DNA of 64,000 nucleotides from Candidatus Hermodarchaeota archaeon (GCA_048885865.1 JBHLLF010000001.1:32001-96000); one strand, 5' to 3'; positions 1-8,916 are shown, numbered from the stretch's first letter. The notes: generated by a model from the sequence alone, not told the origin. Made by a program: numbers and translations.

Positions 1-864
1 TTCAAGTGCCACACATTCCGAGAGCGGACTAAGGTCTATAGACTCAAGCTGGTTGCCGGCGATATCAAGGGCTCTGAGGTCCACACAACTTGACAGAGGT
101 CTCAAGTCCAATTCATTAATTGCATTCATTGCAAGCTCCAGTCTTCTCAGATTCGTGCAGCGAGAGAGTGGCTCAAGATCTATTGCAGTGATCTCGTTTC
201 CTCCAAGGCGAAGTATTCTGAAATCAGTAGCTTTTGAGAGAGGAAGCAAATCCACGGAACCGATTGCATTCTGGTGCAAGTATAGGAATCTCAGTTTAGT
301 GCAGGCTGAGAGTGGACTTAGATCTATTTCAGTTAGTGAATTATACATGAGATTCAACTGAGTTAGGCTTACACATTTTTCAAGAGGCGTCAAATCCACA
401 GATTTCAGTCCATTTGTTTCAAGCTCTAAGCTGGTAAGATTCACACAACTTGAGAGGGGGGCAAGATCAATATCTGTGATCTTGTTGTTGAAAAGCCTCA
501 ATCTCTCCAATCTGATGCATTTTGATAGAGGATTCAGGTCCAGCGTGGATAATTCGTTTGTTCCTAGATTGAGCTCCGTAAGGTTAATGGCGCCTACCAG
601 AGGCGATAAGTCAACAATCGGAATCTGATTTTTGAAGAGATTGATGACTCTCAATTCCTTCAATTCGCCAAGAGGAGAGAGATCGATTTCCGTCAGTTTA
701 TTGGCACCTAGTAGCAGCTCTTCAATATTCGGGGAGTTCTTTAGCACTTCAAGATCGATGCTGAGAATTCCTTTCTTGCTCAAGTCCAAAACACTGTTCT
801 CAAGATCGAACTCGATTCGTTTCGTGCCATCCTTGTCGGTATATTCAATGTCAATCTCGTACAA
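1..864 (-). CDS. Leucine-rich repeat protein (24-aa repeats), runs off the window end
   Basis: Not in the ORF track because it is open-ended. My translation from TTG at 864 (GGGAGTGA upstream) gives MYEIDIEYTDKDG... followed by about 10 repeats of LxxLxLxxNxI/LxxIDLxPLxxC. Confidence 0.9.
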   Translation of the reverse strand, partial: MYEIDIEYTDKDGTKRIEFDLENSVLDLSKKGILSIDLEVLKNSPNIEELLLGANKLTEIDLSPLGELKELRVINLFKNQIPIVDLSPLVGAINLTELNLGTNELSTLDLNPLSKCIRLERLRLFNNKITDIDLAPLSSCVNLTSLELETNGLKSVDLTPLEKCVSLTQLNLMYNSLTEIDLSPLSACTKLRFLYLHQNAIGSVDLLPLSKATDFRILRLGGNEITAIDLEPLSRCTNLRRLELAMNAINELDLRPLSSCVDLRALDIAGNQLESIDLSPLSECVALE

Positions 865-980
865 CGAATCACTCCCTTAGTCCAGCTATGATTGAGTCGA
901 GGTTACAATTGGTCTTTTCAATGTTGGCCTTATTTCCACTGATTATTCGCTATGATTGAAATCAAAACACTGCTTCAGAG

Positions 981-1063
981 TTGATGTATTAGATGGAACA
1001 TGCTCCGGCCAGAGAACGCTTCGGGAGCTGAGAAGCTTTGAGAAGAATACTCTTGGGTATCTA
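981..1063 (+). pseudogene. Degenerate copy of the dsrE promoter, 5' UTR and first codons
   Basis: 981-1030 aligns ungapped to 3114-3163 at 41/50 nt. It continues as ttgagaagaatactcttgggtat versus the dsrE start ttggagaaaaaaactctcggaat. Confidence 0.75.
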
Positions 1064-1182
1064 GGAACTGCAAAAGAATTCTCTTCTATTTGATAGCGAC
1101 AGGTGTCTTCTATCTGATATAGATGGGTGAATGACAGGTATGTTTCACTCATTGAAGTCCAATCGGGGCTGTTTGTAAAAAT

Positions 1183-1220
1183 CAAAAATCAGGAGGGGTA
1201 GGCCTTCCATCAACCCCTCC
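1183..1220 (-). terminator. Hairpin plus T-run terminator of the 1259-1765 gene
   Basis: ggaggggt...acccctcc inverted repeat followed by TTTTT on the minus strand. Confidence 0.55.
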
Positions 1221-1258
1221 GTGATTTACTCTAGACACTAGTGTTTACTGTTATCGAA

Positions 1259-1765
1259 TTAGTTTATCTGGGTGTATCCAGTGATGGTACCTGTGGACCA
1301 ATCAATGCTACTAAATGTCTTTATCTTTCGTCCTAGAAGGAATGACCAATCATAGGCTCCATCTGGTGTATCAACTATTGTGATACGCCCGTTTATTATG
1401 GGTGTGTCTGTAGCAACAGAGTACGATCCTTTGTGGGTCCCTTCCATATACCCTCCGTCATCCCAAATGATCCACCACTTCCCTGAGAACTGTTGGACTT
1501 TGTAGTCAGGGTAGGGCAAGGGACTCTGTCCTTCGGGTCCCAAAAAGCGGTACGCATCGTCATCATTATCCCAATACACCATCCCATGCTGACCATCTTC
1601 GGCATATACGTTTCCTGTCCATTCAGGGCTACCAGTATACCAAAGATCAGAATACCATCTGTAGACTGAGAATCCTTTATTTGCCGCCACAGGGGTTGCA
1701 GATACCAGAGCCACTAGGAAGATAATACTTAGTAGGCCTACACCCACTCTTTTTGACACGCTCAT
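1259..1765 (-). CDS. Secreted beta-rich hypothetical protein, paralog A
   Basis: Start placed at MSVSK (1765), with GAGGTGA RBS and the same start as paralog B. Signal peptide MSVSKRVGVGLLSIIFLVALVSA; ends QIN. Confidence 0.85.
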   Translation of the reverse strand: MSVSKRVGVGLLSIIFLVALVSATPVAANKGFSVYRWYSDLWYTGSPEWTGNVYAEDGQHGMVYWDNDDDAYRFLGPEGQSPLPYPDYKVQQFSGKWWIIWDDGGYMEGTHKGSYSVATDTPIINGRITIVDTPDGAYDWSFLLGRKIKTFSSIDWSTGTITGYTQIN

Positions 1766-1806
1766 TACGTATTCACCTCTTTCCCTTTGTGCAAATCGCA
1801 CAACAT

Positions 1807-1961
1807 CTCTCCTCTCCTAACTCAGACTCCCCCGAGTTTCTCAGAAATAGGGCATATGCAAGTCTTGCGTTCTCCATTGAGTCAAGGCACAGATGACTTG
1901 ATTGTAATTCAATTGGGTAAGTTTTGGAACTCATTAATGAGGCATAACCAAGCCTGATTAA
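1807..1961 (-). ncRNA. Conserved leader / candidate structured RNA, copy 1
   Basis: About 140/155 nt identical to 2691-2845. No conserved start codon. Several differences keep base pairing. Confidence 0.5.
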
Positions 1962-2101
1962 AAGAGTTAACAAGAAAGAATTAATACCTTTATAATAAGT
2001 TGTTCGGTCGTTCATTACCTATTCTCAAGGGAAACATTGAATGAATCAGCCCCATCAGTTCTCTTAGAACAAGGTTTCCGAGACTCGAAATAGACCGAGT
2101 C

Positions 2102-2132
2102 ATGACCAACTGCGTTTACGTTTTAAATGGCA
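2102..2132 (+). repeat. Second copy of the dsrE promoter segment, at the cassette junction
   Basis: atgaccaactgcgtttacgttttaaatggca versus gtgaccaattgcgttaacgttttaaatagca at 3101-3131. Confidence 0.8.
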
Positions 2133-2198
2133 AAAAATAGGAAAAAGGGTCAGTCAGTGGCCGACCCCTCCATATTCACAATGCTAGTTGGATCTCCT

Positions 2199-2651
2199 TC
2201 AGTTTATCTGAATCGTTGCCTCAGTGAAAAATGGGAACGGGGTTATAATCCCCATTACATGCACATTTCTTCCATTCAAATGTGACCAATCTGGAGAGGT
2301 GAATGTCACCTTTCCATTTAGGACGTATTTTCCACCATCCAAGATATTGCTGTTTGTTTCATAGACGAAAAACCCGTGAGCTGTTCCCTTAATATATCCT
2401 CCATCAATGAAATCGATCCACCATTCTGAAACCATTTTCTGTCCGTTGGATAAGAATACGATCTCCGAACTGAAGATACCAGCGGTTGCATCTTCTCCGA
2501 TGATTTCTCCAAGCCATGTAGCATTACCAACGAACATTGCCGAAATATCCCATCTAATTGGTGTTTTGGCTTCTACAGGCATTGCAGAAACCAGAGCCAC
2601 TAGGAAGATAATACTTAGTAAACCTACACCCACTCTCTTTGACACGCTCAT
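2199..2651 (-). CDS. Secreted beta-rich hypothetical protein, paralog B
   Basis: Identical 23-aa signal peptide to paralog A. Shares WWIxxxDGGYxxGT, NGxxT, DWSxLxGR and the terminal QIN. Confidence 0.85.
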   Translation of the reverse strand: MSVSKRVGVGLLSIIFLVALVSAMPVEAKTPIRWDISAMFVGNATWLGEIIGEDATAGIFSSEIVFLSNGQKMVSEWWIDFIDGGYIKGTAHGFFVYETNSNILDGGKYVLNGKVTFTSPDWSHLNGRNVHVMGIITPFPFFTEATIQIN

Positions 2652-2690
2652 TACGTTTTCACCTCCCTCACTTTGTAAGAATTTCTCATT

Positions 2691-2845
2691 CTCTCCTCTC
2701 CTAACTCAAACTCCCCCGAGTTTCTCAGAAATAGGGCATATGCAGGTCTTGCGTTCTCCCCTGAATCAAGGCATCGATGACTTGATTGTAATTCAAATGG
2801 GTAAGTTATGGAACCTATTAATGAGGCCTAACTACGCCTAATTAA
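2691..2845 (-). ncRNA. Conserved leader / candidate structured RNA, copy 2
   Basis: Near-identical to 1807-1961 and in the same position upstream of the paralog. Confidence 0.5.
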
Positions 2846-3170
2846 TGAAGTTAACCTCCACAATGTTAACAGCAGTGTAATAAGTTGCTTGGTCATTTGG
2901 TCATAATAATAGAGATGGAGAGATTGAATGAATCAGACCTATCAGATCTCTTAGAATGAGGGATACACAAATCTTGTGCTCTATATCGAGTCAAGGAATC
3001 AATGACTTGAATACATTTCAGAGCAGTAATTCCTGAGTTGTTTGCTTGAGGTTTGTATTATGTGTTTTAAGGAATCAAAAAGCCTGAATTAGAGTGATTA
3101 GTGACCAATTGCGTTAACGTTTTAAATAGCACATTCTCCGGCCAGAGAAAGCTTTGGGAGCTGTACAGGC

Positions 3171-3536
3171 TTGGAGAAAAAAACTCTCGGAATTCTACTC
3201 CTGACCTCACCATACACGTATCAGAACAGTCACACATTCTATGACCTTGCTAAAGCCGCCCTTGAGAAGGGCTATGCCGTCAAGGTATTCTTGTTTGTGG
3301 ATGGTGTGAACAATGCGAAACTGGGTCAAGATCCTGACCCTGACATTCCAATGAATGACAAATTTCAAGAACTGGCTGACGCGGGAGCTGAGTTCCAGGC
3401 CTGTGGTCTCTGTACCTCTGCTCGTGGATTTGACCAGAGAGGAACTGATTTCATTGAAGGTGTAGAGGTTTCAGGGCTCACCGAGTTTGCTGAATACATT
3501 GGCGAGGCCGACCGTTTCATCACATTTGGTATGTAG
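3171..3536 (+). CDS. dsrE: DsrE/TusD family sulfurtransferase
   Basis: LTSPY...VFLFVDGV...ACGLCTSARG: DsrE motifs with the active Cys region. First gene of a three-gene operon. Confidence 0.9.
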   Translation: MEKKTLGILLLTSPYTYQNSHTFYDLAKAALEKGYAVKVFLFVDGVNNAKLGQDPDPDIPMNDKFQELADAGAEFQACGLCTSARGFDQRGTDFIEGVEVSGLTEFAEYIGEADRFITFGM

Positions 3537-3547
3537 GAGGAATAGCG

Positions 3548-3898
3548 ATGGAGTTTACAGAACGCAAAGTACTCATACTCGTGAAGAGCCGCCCCTACGG
3601 TGAGATTATCAACTTTGAGGGTTGGAGAGCAGCAGTGGGGATGTTCGGGATGGACCATGAGCCGTTGCTCTTGTTTATGGGTGATGGAGTCTTCTCCCTT
3701 TTGAAGTCCGCTGATGTGATGCCTTTCCGGATGTTCAAAGCAACCTACCTTGATTTCGACGGGAGAATCCTTGCCAGTAGAAAGTCGCTTGAAGAGCGAA
3801 ACATCAGTGCAGAGGAGATCTTTGAAGAGGTCGAGCTGGCCGATGAGTCAATGATTGCAGAAGCATTGACAGAAAACGAGGTCATCATTACATTCTGA
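3548..3898 (+). CDS. dsrF: DsrF/TusC family protein
   Basis: SRPYG...EG...LLFMGDGVFSL...SLEERNI...VIITF; follows dsrE. Confidence 0.85.
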   Translation: MEFTERKVLILVKSRPYGEIINFEGWRAAVGMFGMDHEPLLLFMGDGVFSLLKSADVMPFRMFKATYLDFDGRILASRKSLEERNISAEEIFEEVELADESMIAEALTENEVIITF

Positions 3899-3909
3899 GG
3901 TGGCTATGG

Positions 3910-4209
3910 TTGAAGTTTCTAATCTGGATTACAAGTGATTGTCCTGACATTAGTGAGGTAGTAGATGCTCTGAAAGCTGGTGGACATGAGATTGGAATTC
4001 TAGTAGCTCAGGATGGGGTTTATAGCATAGATAAAGGCTGTGCCACTTCTGGCGATATCAAGGGACTAGGAGTCCAAGTGTTTGCAATCAGGCATCATGT
4101 TGAAGAGCGAGGTCTGAATGAGCGTCTAGCAATTGATGCTAAGATGGTCGAATATGATGGTGCAGTCGACCTCATTATGGAGCAGTATGATAAAGTAATC
4201 TCACTGTGA
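3910..4209 (+). CDS. dsrH: DsrH/TusB family protein
   Basis: LVAQDGVY...VEERGL...EYDGAVDLI...DKVISL; third gene of the operon. Confidence 0.85.
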   Translation: MKFLIWITSDCPDISEVVDALKAGGHEIGILVAQDGVYSIDKGCATSGDIKGLGVQVFAIRHHVEERGLNERLAIDAKMVEYDGAVDLIMEQYDKVISL

Positions 4210-4329
4210 GCTAGTCATGCTAGCTCCCCTCTTTCTTTCTAGTTAATATTATCATAATTGGTCATTTTCAAGCCCTTCGCAAACGTTGAATAAGGAATGA
4301 GACAATAGCAAAAACCTAGGTGCTCACTT

Positions 4330-4629
4330 ATGGCGTGGGAAAAACATTCAAAGAAGATTACAGAACTCAAAGAATCCAATACTCAGATTGATATGAAGGT
4401 CAGAGAACGCCTTGAAGAGATGATTGGCAAAGTCGCTGACCAAGACGTAGCTGTGAGTTTAGGATTCTTGAAAGACTATCTACATCTTCGAAAAGAAGAT
4501 GATGATGCGATTGATGAGCTCAAGTTTCACGTGAATCTAATGGACGAAATCCGTTACAGTGTAATTGCGGATGATAATGATCAGTCCATATACATCTACT
4601 TCACAAAAGAAAAGGAAGACAAGGACTGA
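4330..4629 (+). CDS. Acidic hypothetical protein
   Basis: 99-aa ORF with AGGTG RBS, flanked by terminator-like hairpins. Confidence 0.7.
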   Translation: MAWEKHSKKITELKESNTQIDMKVRERLEEMIGKVADQDVAVSLGFLKDYLHLRKEDDDAIDELKFHVNLMDEIRYSVIADDNDQSIYIYFTKEKEDKD

Positions 4630-4703
4630 TATACCCTCAATCCAAGAAGAAAGTGCATTGGAGAGAACTTGAGCTAATCCTGAGTTCTCTCCGCATGTTG
4701 GTT

Positions 4704-5075
4704 TTAAAAGGTCATTACTCTAGAGTGCTTCAGTGTATCATCAATCATGGTCGCTGCACCAGCGATCTCAATTCTCGGATCCCTGAGCTGGTCTTGAGTG
4801 ATACCTCTGAACTCGACAGAGTTTGAGCACACCTGTATTTTGCCACCTGATTCAAGAAACGCATCAATCAAGTCTGGAAGTGGTGGGAAACCAGGTGCCT
4901 TTACTTTCTCCGCTGCGCCTTTCTTCATCAGATATACTGCATCCATCATCAGAAAGATATTGGTTTCAATATCCTGAGCTTGAGCAGTGGTGCCTGTCAC
5001 AAATGGGCCATAGCATCTCTCTGCTGCCTCTGGGCCCCATTGACCGATAATGTATAGTTTTTCTGCTTCTGCCAA
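4704..5075 (-). CDS. Second DsrE-family (peroxiredoxin-like/DsrE2-type) protein
   Basis: ERCYGPF...IFLMMDAVYL...IQVCSNS...GAATMI...VMTF. Confidence 0.85.
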   Translation of the reverse strand: MAEAEKLYIIGQWGPEAAERCYGPFVTGTTAQAQDIETNIFLMMDAVYLMKKGAAEKVKAPGFPPLPDLIDAFLESGGKIQVCSNSVEFRGITQDQLRDPRIEIAGAATMIDDTLKHSRVMTF

Positions 5076-5090
5076 TTTCCTTCATCTCCA

Positions 5091-5486
5091 TTATAGAACT
5101 ATTAGTTCAGCGTAGTACAAGACCATTGCAAGCGCTAGGAAAGTACTCACTATCAGGTTGGTGATGTGTGAGCTGTGAATTGGTCCGCCTTGCATCGTCT
5201 TCATCAGCACAGGCACTGCCTGAATGAACTCCAGCAGGAATGCTAGAGCAAAGAAGACGAGGTCAATCCCTAGTAGTAGTTGCACCAGATCCATGAATCC
5301 CAATGAGAACGTTGGCGCCACAATCCCCACAATCAAAGTGATGAGGCTGACCAGCATTCCCAACATGAGCATCATGACCTGGGGCATCAAGACAAATCCC
5401 ATTCTCCTAGCCGCCATGAATCCACTGAACATCGTGGCGAAACCCATTGCGAACAGGACGAATAGTAGTAGTTGGAAAACTGCCAT
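5091..5486 (-). CDS. Four-TM membrane protein, co-oriented with the DsrE-like gene
   Basis: Four hydrophobic segments; GGTGA RBS; 15-bp gap to the next gene. Confidence 0.75.
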   Translation of the reverse strand: MAVFQLLLFVLFAMGFATMFSGFMAARRMGFVLMPQVMMLMLGMLVSLITLIVGIVAPTFSLGFMDLVQLLLGIDLVFFALAFLLEFIQAVPVLMKTMQGGPIHSSHITNLIVSTFLALAMVLYYAELIVL

Positions 5487-5561
5487 TTTGGTTCACCCAA
5501 GTGATTGAGGCGCAAAAATAATCCATTGATAAGGGTGTCGGAAATGGAACAAAAAATTGGC

Positions 5562-5671
5562 ATCGGGTGTGCGAAAACACACAATCGATAGTTAATAATC
5601 GTTAATCGAGTGTGCGAAAATACACAATCATCAATTAAGAATCGTTAATCGGGTGTGTAAAATCGCACATC
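5562..5671. promoter_or_regulatory. 43-bp tandem repeat (about 2.5 copies) carrying GTGTG-N6-CACAC palindromes
   Basis: Units start at 5562, 5605 and 5648. Cores are gtgtgcgaaaacacac, gtgtgcgaaaatacac and gtgtgtaaaatcgcac, with TTAA-N6-TTAA between them. Confidence 0.75.
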
Positions 5672-5722
5672 TGTGTATCGCAATCCTTTAAACTGCAACG
5701 CAACAGAGCCGGGCAGTAGGTT

Positions 5723-5965
5723 TTGACTATGACCCACGACGTAGCCCGAACATTCGATGCCTCAGGTATGAGGTGCCCAATGCCAATCCTCAAGACGAAG
5801 AAAGAGATCGGCCAAGTTGAAATCGGTCAGATTCTCCAAGTAATCGCGACTGACATCGGAACTAAGAAGGACTTCCCTGCATTTGCCGAGAGAACCGGTC
5901 ATGAGATAGTTGAACTTGTTGAAGAAAGCGACAGACTCGTTTGGTACATTAGGCGTAACAAGTGA
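5723..5965 (+). CDS. tusA: TusA/SirA sulfur carrier
   Basis: FDASGMRCPMPILKTKK (CPxP motif) and IATD. Confidence 0.92.
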   Translation: MTMTHDVARTFDASGMRCPMPILKTKKEIGQVEIGQILQVIATDIGTKKDFPAFAERTGHEIVELVEESDRLVWYIRRNK

Positions 5966-5982
5966 TGTTTTTTCTAGGAAGG

Positions 5983-6390
5983 CTATGCCTTCTTTCCTGG
6001 GACGACTAGGACTTGTCCCAGCATATCTCCTTTCATGACAGAGGCCTTCAGTTTGGATTGAAACATTGCCATGTTTGCGACTCTTTCTTCATCATACGGT
6101 TTGTATTCGAGAGCCCCAATACAAGATATGTGGCCCATTCCATTCGCACCATAAAATGATTGAAGGACCATTCCATATGCTGGAATGTCAATTGGTCTTA
6201 TTGGGACTATCCGTGTTTCACCTTCTGCAAATGGGACTTTCTCATTTGCCACGACTGGTGTCAGCCTCGCTTTATCCCATTGGAGCGCGATTTCAATTTC
6301 ATTAAGTCCATCCACTGCAGACCTGACCCTATCCATCCCCATCTCTGCTAAGTCTTGTCTACAACTTATGACATAGATCTTCTCTGACAA
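5983..6390 (-). CDS. DUF22-like archaeal protein
   Basis: IVPIRPIDIP...GH...VMKGDMLGQV resembles DUF22. Confidence 0.6.
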   Translation of the reverse strand: MSEKIYVISCRQDLAEMGMDRVRSAVDGLNEIEIALQWDKARLTPVVANEKVPFAEGETRIVPIRPIDIPAYGMVLQSFYGANGMGHISCIGALEYKPYDEERVANMAMFQSKLKASVMKGDMLGQVLVVPGKKA

Positions 6391-6511
6391 TGCCGAGTTC
6401 TCCTTGATGAAGCTGTGGATTAGTTGTCTTAAGTAATTATCGAATCATGATTCATTATATTATGAATCCGTCTAGAATCCTATTTATGTTAGTCCTCAGT
6501 TGATAAAATGA

Positions 6512-7351
6512 GTGAAATCAATGGATACAGCCGAAATAATGGAGATTGCCCTTGAGATGGCTGAGCTGGACGAGATTCCAGGTGACTCGGCTATCCATGT
6601 GCCTGGGACAGACATTGAGCGAATTCTGATAGGAATTGACATGTGGACGTCGGAGCTTCTACTTGCTAGAGAGCTGAACTACGACTTGGTCATAGCACAT
6701 CATCCTCCCGGTGGTGTTGCTAGAATCAATTTTGACCAAGTTGTGCTAAGGCAGATTCAGCAGATGATTGATGCAGGCATTCCTCCACACCTTGCCGAGA
6801 AGGCTCTAAAACCACGTCTAGATGTCACAAGAGCCAATATTCACACGAGCAACTACGATAGGTTTGTTTCTGCAGCACGTCTGATGGAGATGCCCTTTAT
6901 GAACATCCATCTCCCTCTTGACATAATCTGTCGAAGGAGATTCATTGAGGCAGTGGAAGAAGGGACTAAGCATATCACCGAGCCACTAGTACAAGATGCA
7001 ATACAAGCGATGAATGAGATTCCCGAGATGAAAATGGGAATGACTGAGCCTATGGTTCATGTTGGCTCAGTCCAGAATCGACTAGGCAAGTGGATTGTAG
7101 CAATGGCAGGAGGGACAAATGGAGGAGCAGGAGTCGCCAAAGCTTACTTTGATGCTGGTTATTCAACTGTGATCTACATGCACCTTGGCGACGCAGATAA
7201 GAAGGAACTCCTTAATTATGAAAATGCTGGAAACCTGGTGGCGACAGGACATATTGCATCGGACTCGGTTGGCATTGCTCCCTTTGTCAAGGAGCTGCAG
7301 TCTAGAGGACTGGAAGTCACACCCATGAGTGGAGTCTTCGTTCCTGAATAG
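6512..7351 (+). CDS. NIF3-like dinuclear metal-centre protein
   Basis: GID, AHHP, NIHLPLD, GHIASDSVG motifs. Confidence 0.8.
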   Translation: MKSMDTAEIMEIALEMAELDEIPGDSAIHVPGTDIERILIGIDMWTSELLLARELNYDLVIAHHPPGGVARINFDQVVLRQIQQMIDAGIPPHLAEKALKPRLDVTRANIHTSNYDRFVSAARLMEMPFMNIHLPLDIICRRRFIEAVEEGTKHITEPLVQDAIQAMNEIPEMKMGMTEPMVHVGSVQNRLGKWIVAMAGGTNGGAGVAKAYFDAGYSTVIYMHLGDADKKELLNYENAGNLVATGHIASDSVGIAPFVKELQSRGLEVTPMSGVFVPE

Positions 7352-7366
7352 TCGAAAGACATGCGG

Positions 7367-8269
7367 TCAGAGACCCCGCAGATGGCTAGGGCGCAGAGAT
7401 TTCTTGTCACCTGTGTCCAGTACTGACTCGATAATCTGTAGAATCTGATTTCTATCTTTATTCAGAGTACCTCCGATTGGCAAGTAGTTTGATGCGTGAT
7501 TGGTGCGAAATACACATTCACTAAGCTCGAGATGTTTGACTAGTGTCCTCATCTCATCAAGAATCTCAAATGGAGACATTGGCTCGAATTCCTTTCGTTC
7601 TGTCATCTCATAGAGTGGTGTCCCTGGCGGAATCATCAAAGTCAAAGCGCCTACATATTCGGGATCTATCTTGTTCAATGCTTCCGCTGTAAGTCTTGCA
7701 TGTTTCTCAGAATGCTCTAGGCCTCCCAATCCCAAAATGATTGTTAGTGACAGTGGAATTTTAGCGTTTCTTATTTTCAGGCAAGCCTCGACATTCTCTT
7801 TTGTCGTCACACCCTTTCGACTCCACCGGAGCAATTCATCGTCTCCGGTTTCCAAACCTAGATACACAATTCCTAGACCAGATGTCCTCAGCGTACGTAG
7901 ATCATCTTCTGACTTATCTCGGACATCCTTAGCATAGGCATAAGTTCCGACTCTCTCTAGTTGCGGTAACTCTGAATACAGGACTTCTAGGACCTCTTTC
8001 AAGTCATCAGTGTCCATAGCTAGGGCGTTCCCGTCCGCAAGAAAGACTCTCCTCACCCGGTTCTTGATAGTCGGATCCAATGAATTCAAGTCACTTGATA
8101 TTCCCTGGACACCTCTCACCTTGTACTTCTTCATCTTGTAAGACACGCAGAATATACATGCATTGTGGGAGCAACCTACCGTTGCCTGTAGAATCAGACT
8201 TCGCGCCTCACTAGGCGGTCTCCAGATCGAGCCTTCATAATCTAACACTGGTAGCCACAACGCAATCAA
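7367..8269 (-). CDS. Radical SAM protein
   Basis: GCSHNACIFC (CxxxCxxC), FLADGNAL, YLGLETGDD, NHASNY. Confidence 0.9.
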   Translation of the reverse strand: MIALWLPVLDYEGSIWRPPSEARSLILQATVGCSHNACIFCVSYKMKKYKVRGVQGISSDLNSLDPTIKNRVRRVFLADGNALAMDTDDLKEVLEVLYSELPQLERVGTYAYAKDVRDKSEDDLRTLRTSGLGIVYLGLETGDDELLRWSRKGVTTKENVEACLKIRNAKIPLSLTIILGLGGLEHSEKHARLTAEALNKIDPEYVGALTLMIPPGTPLYEMTERKEFEPMSPFEILDEMRTLVKHLELSECVFRTNHASNYLPIGGTLNKDRNQILQIIESVLDTGDKKSLRPSHLRGL

Positions 8270-8562
8270 ACAGTGATAGCGCGCTTATCTAGCATTTTCG
8301 AATAAATCTTGTTCATTAGCCAGAGGCAGGTCAAAGAGCCAGATGCCCAGAGATAAGGTGCCATCTGAGATCCAACATCAATATGGAATGAAGGAGCAGC
8401 GCCACTGACACAGCAATAGAAGAAAATTGTCACCATCCAAGAGAGAGATAGAACCGATGTGAGAACATTGGTCCAGAAACCAACTTCTTCAATGGTTTTT
8501 TCTTCTCTTTCTTCAAAGGATTTCCAACGATGATGCTCCATCTCTTGCACTATTCTCCACAC
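8266..8562 (-). CDS. Small two-TM hypothetical protein
   Basis: Hydrophobic segments; overlaps the radical SAM start by 4 bp. Confidence 0.55.
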   Translation of the reverse strand: MWRIVQEMEHHRWKSFEEREEKTIEEVGFWTNVLTSVLSLSWMVTIFFYCCVSGAAPSFHIDVGSQMAPYLWASGSLTCLWLMNKIYSKMLDKRAITV

Positions 8563-8682
8563 CTATGATGTACCATCTCTTTTCTAGCGTTTTTTCTTAA
8601 TAGGCTGTTATTTCAGCGCAAATAGATTGGAGGAATCAAGGAAGCCAAATCACAGCAGCTCAATCAATCCCCTTATCCTTAC

Positions 8683-8916
8683 TCATTTGACTTTCTTCCA
8701 AATCCAAAAGATGGTGACTAAAACAGAAAACAGGAGACTTGGAAATACCATGGCTAGAACATCAAGATCGAATGCCATTGCTGCACCAGAGATTTGGATT
8801 GCAGATATGATCGTGATGAACCAGGCAACCACCAATATACATGCCCAGACATCCATGGTCCCTTCTTCTTTGGGAGACCTTCCAGTTTCCCTGGGATGAT
8901 AGGATGGTTCAGTCAC
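8683..8916 (-). CDS. Small two-TM hypothetical protein
   Basis: Two TM helices; AGGAGG RBS. Confidence 0.6.
   Translation of the reverse strand: MTEPSYHPRETGRSPKEEGTMDVWACILVVAWFITIISAIQISGAAMAFDLDVLAMVFPSLLFSVLVTIFWIWKKVK

Noticed and set aside
53-880. Plus-strand ORFs 53-361 and 632-880
   Set aside because: They are antisense shadows of the minus-strand LRR gene.
1773-2015. 80-aa ORF over the conserved leader, and the 2407-2841 plus-strand ORF
   Set aside because: Start codons and frames are not kept between the two copies, so the conservation appears non-coding.
5562-5671. Possible mini-CRISPR array
   Set aside because: The intervening segments are only about 18 nt and similar to each other, there are under three full units, and no cas genes. 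It fits a tandem operator repeat better.
3171-5965. Selenocysteine read-through in DsrE, DsrF, DsrH or TusA
   Set aside because: Active sites are plain Cys codons and the TGA stops fall at the normal family C-termini.
7367-8269. Radical SAM protein as activase for the glycyl radical enzyme
   Set aside because: It lacks the GRE-activase motif context and lies 9 kb away in another gene cluster.
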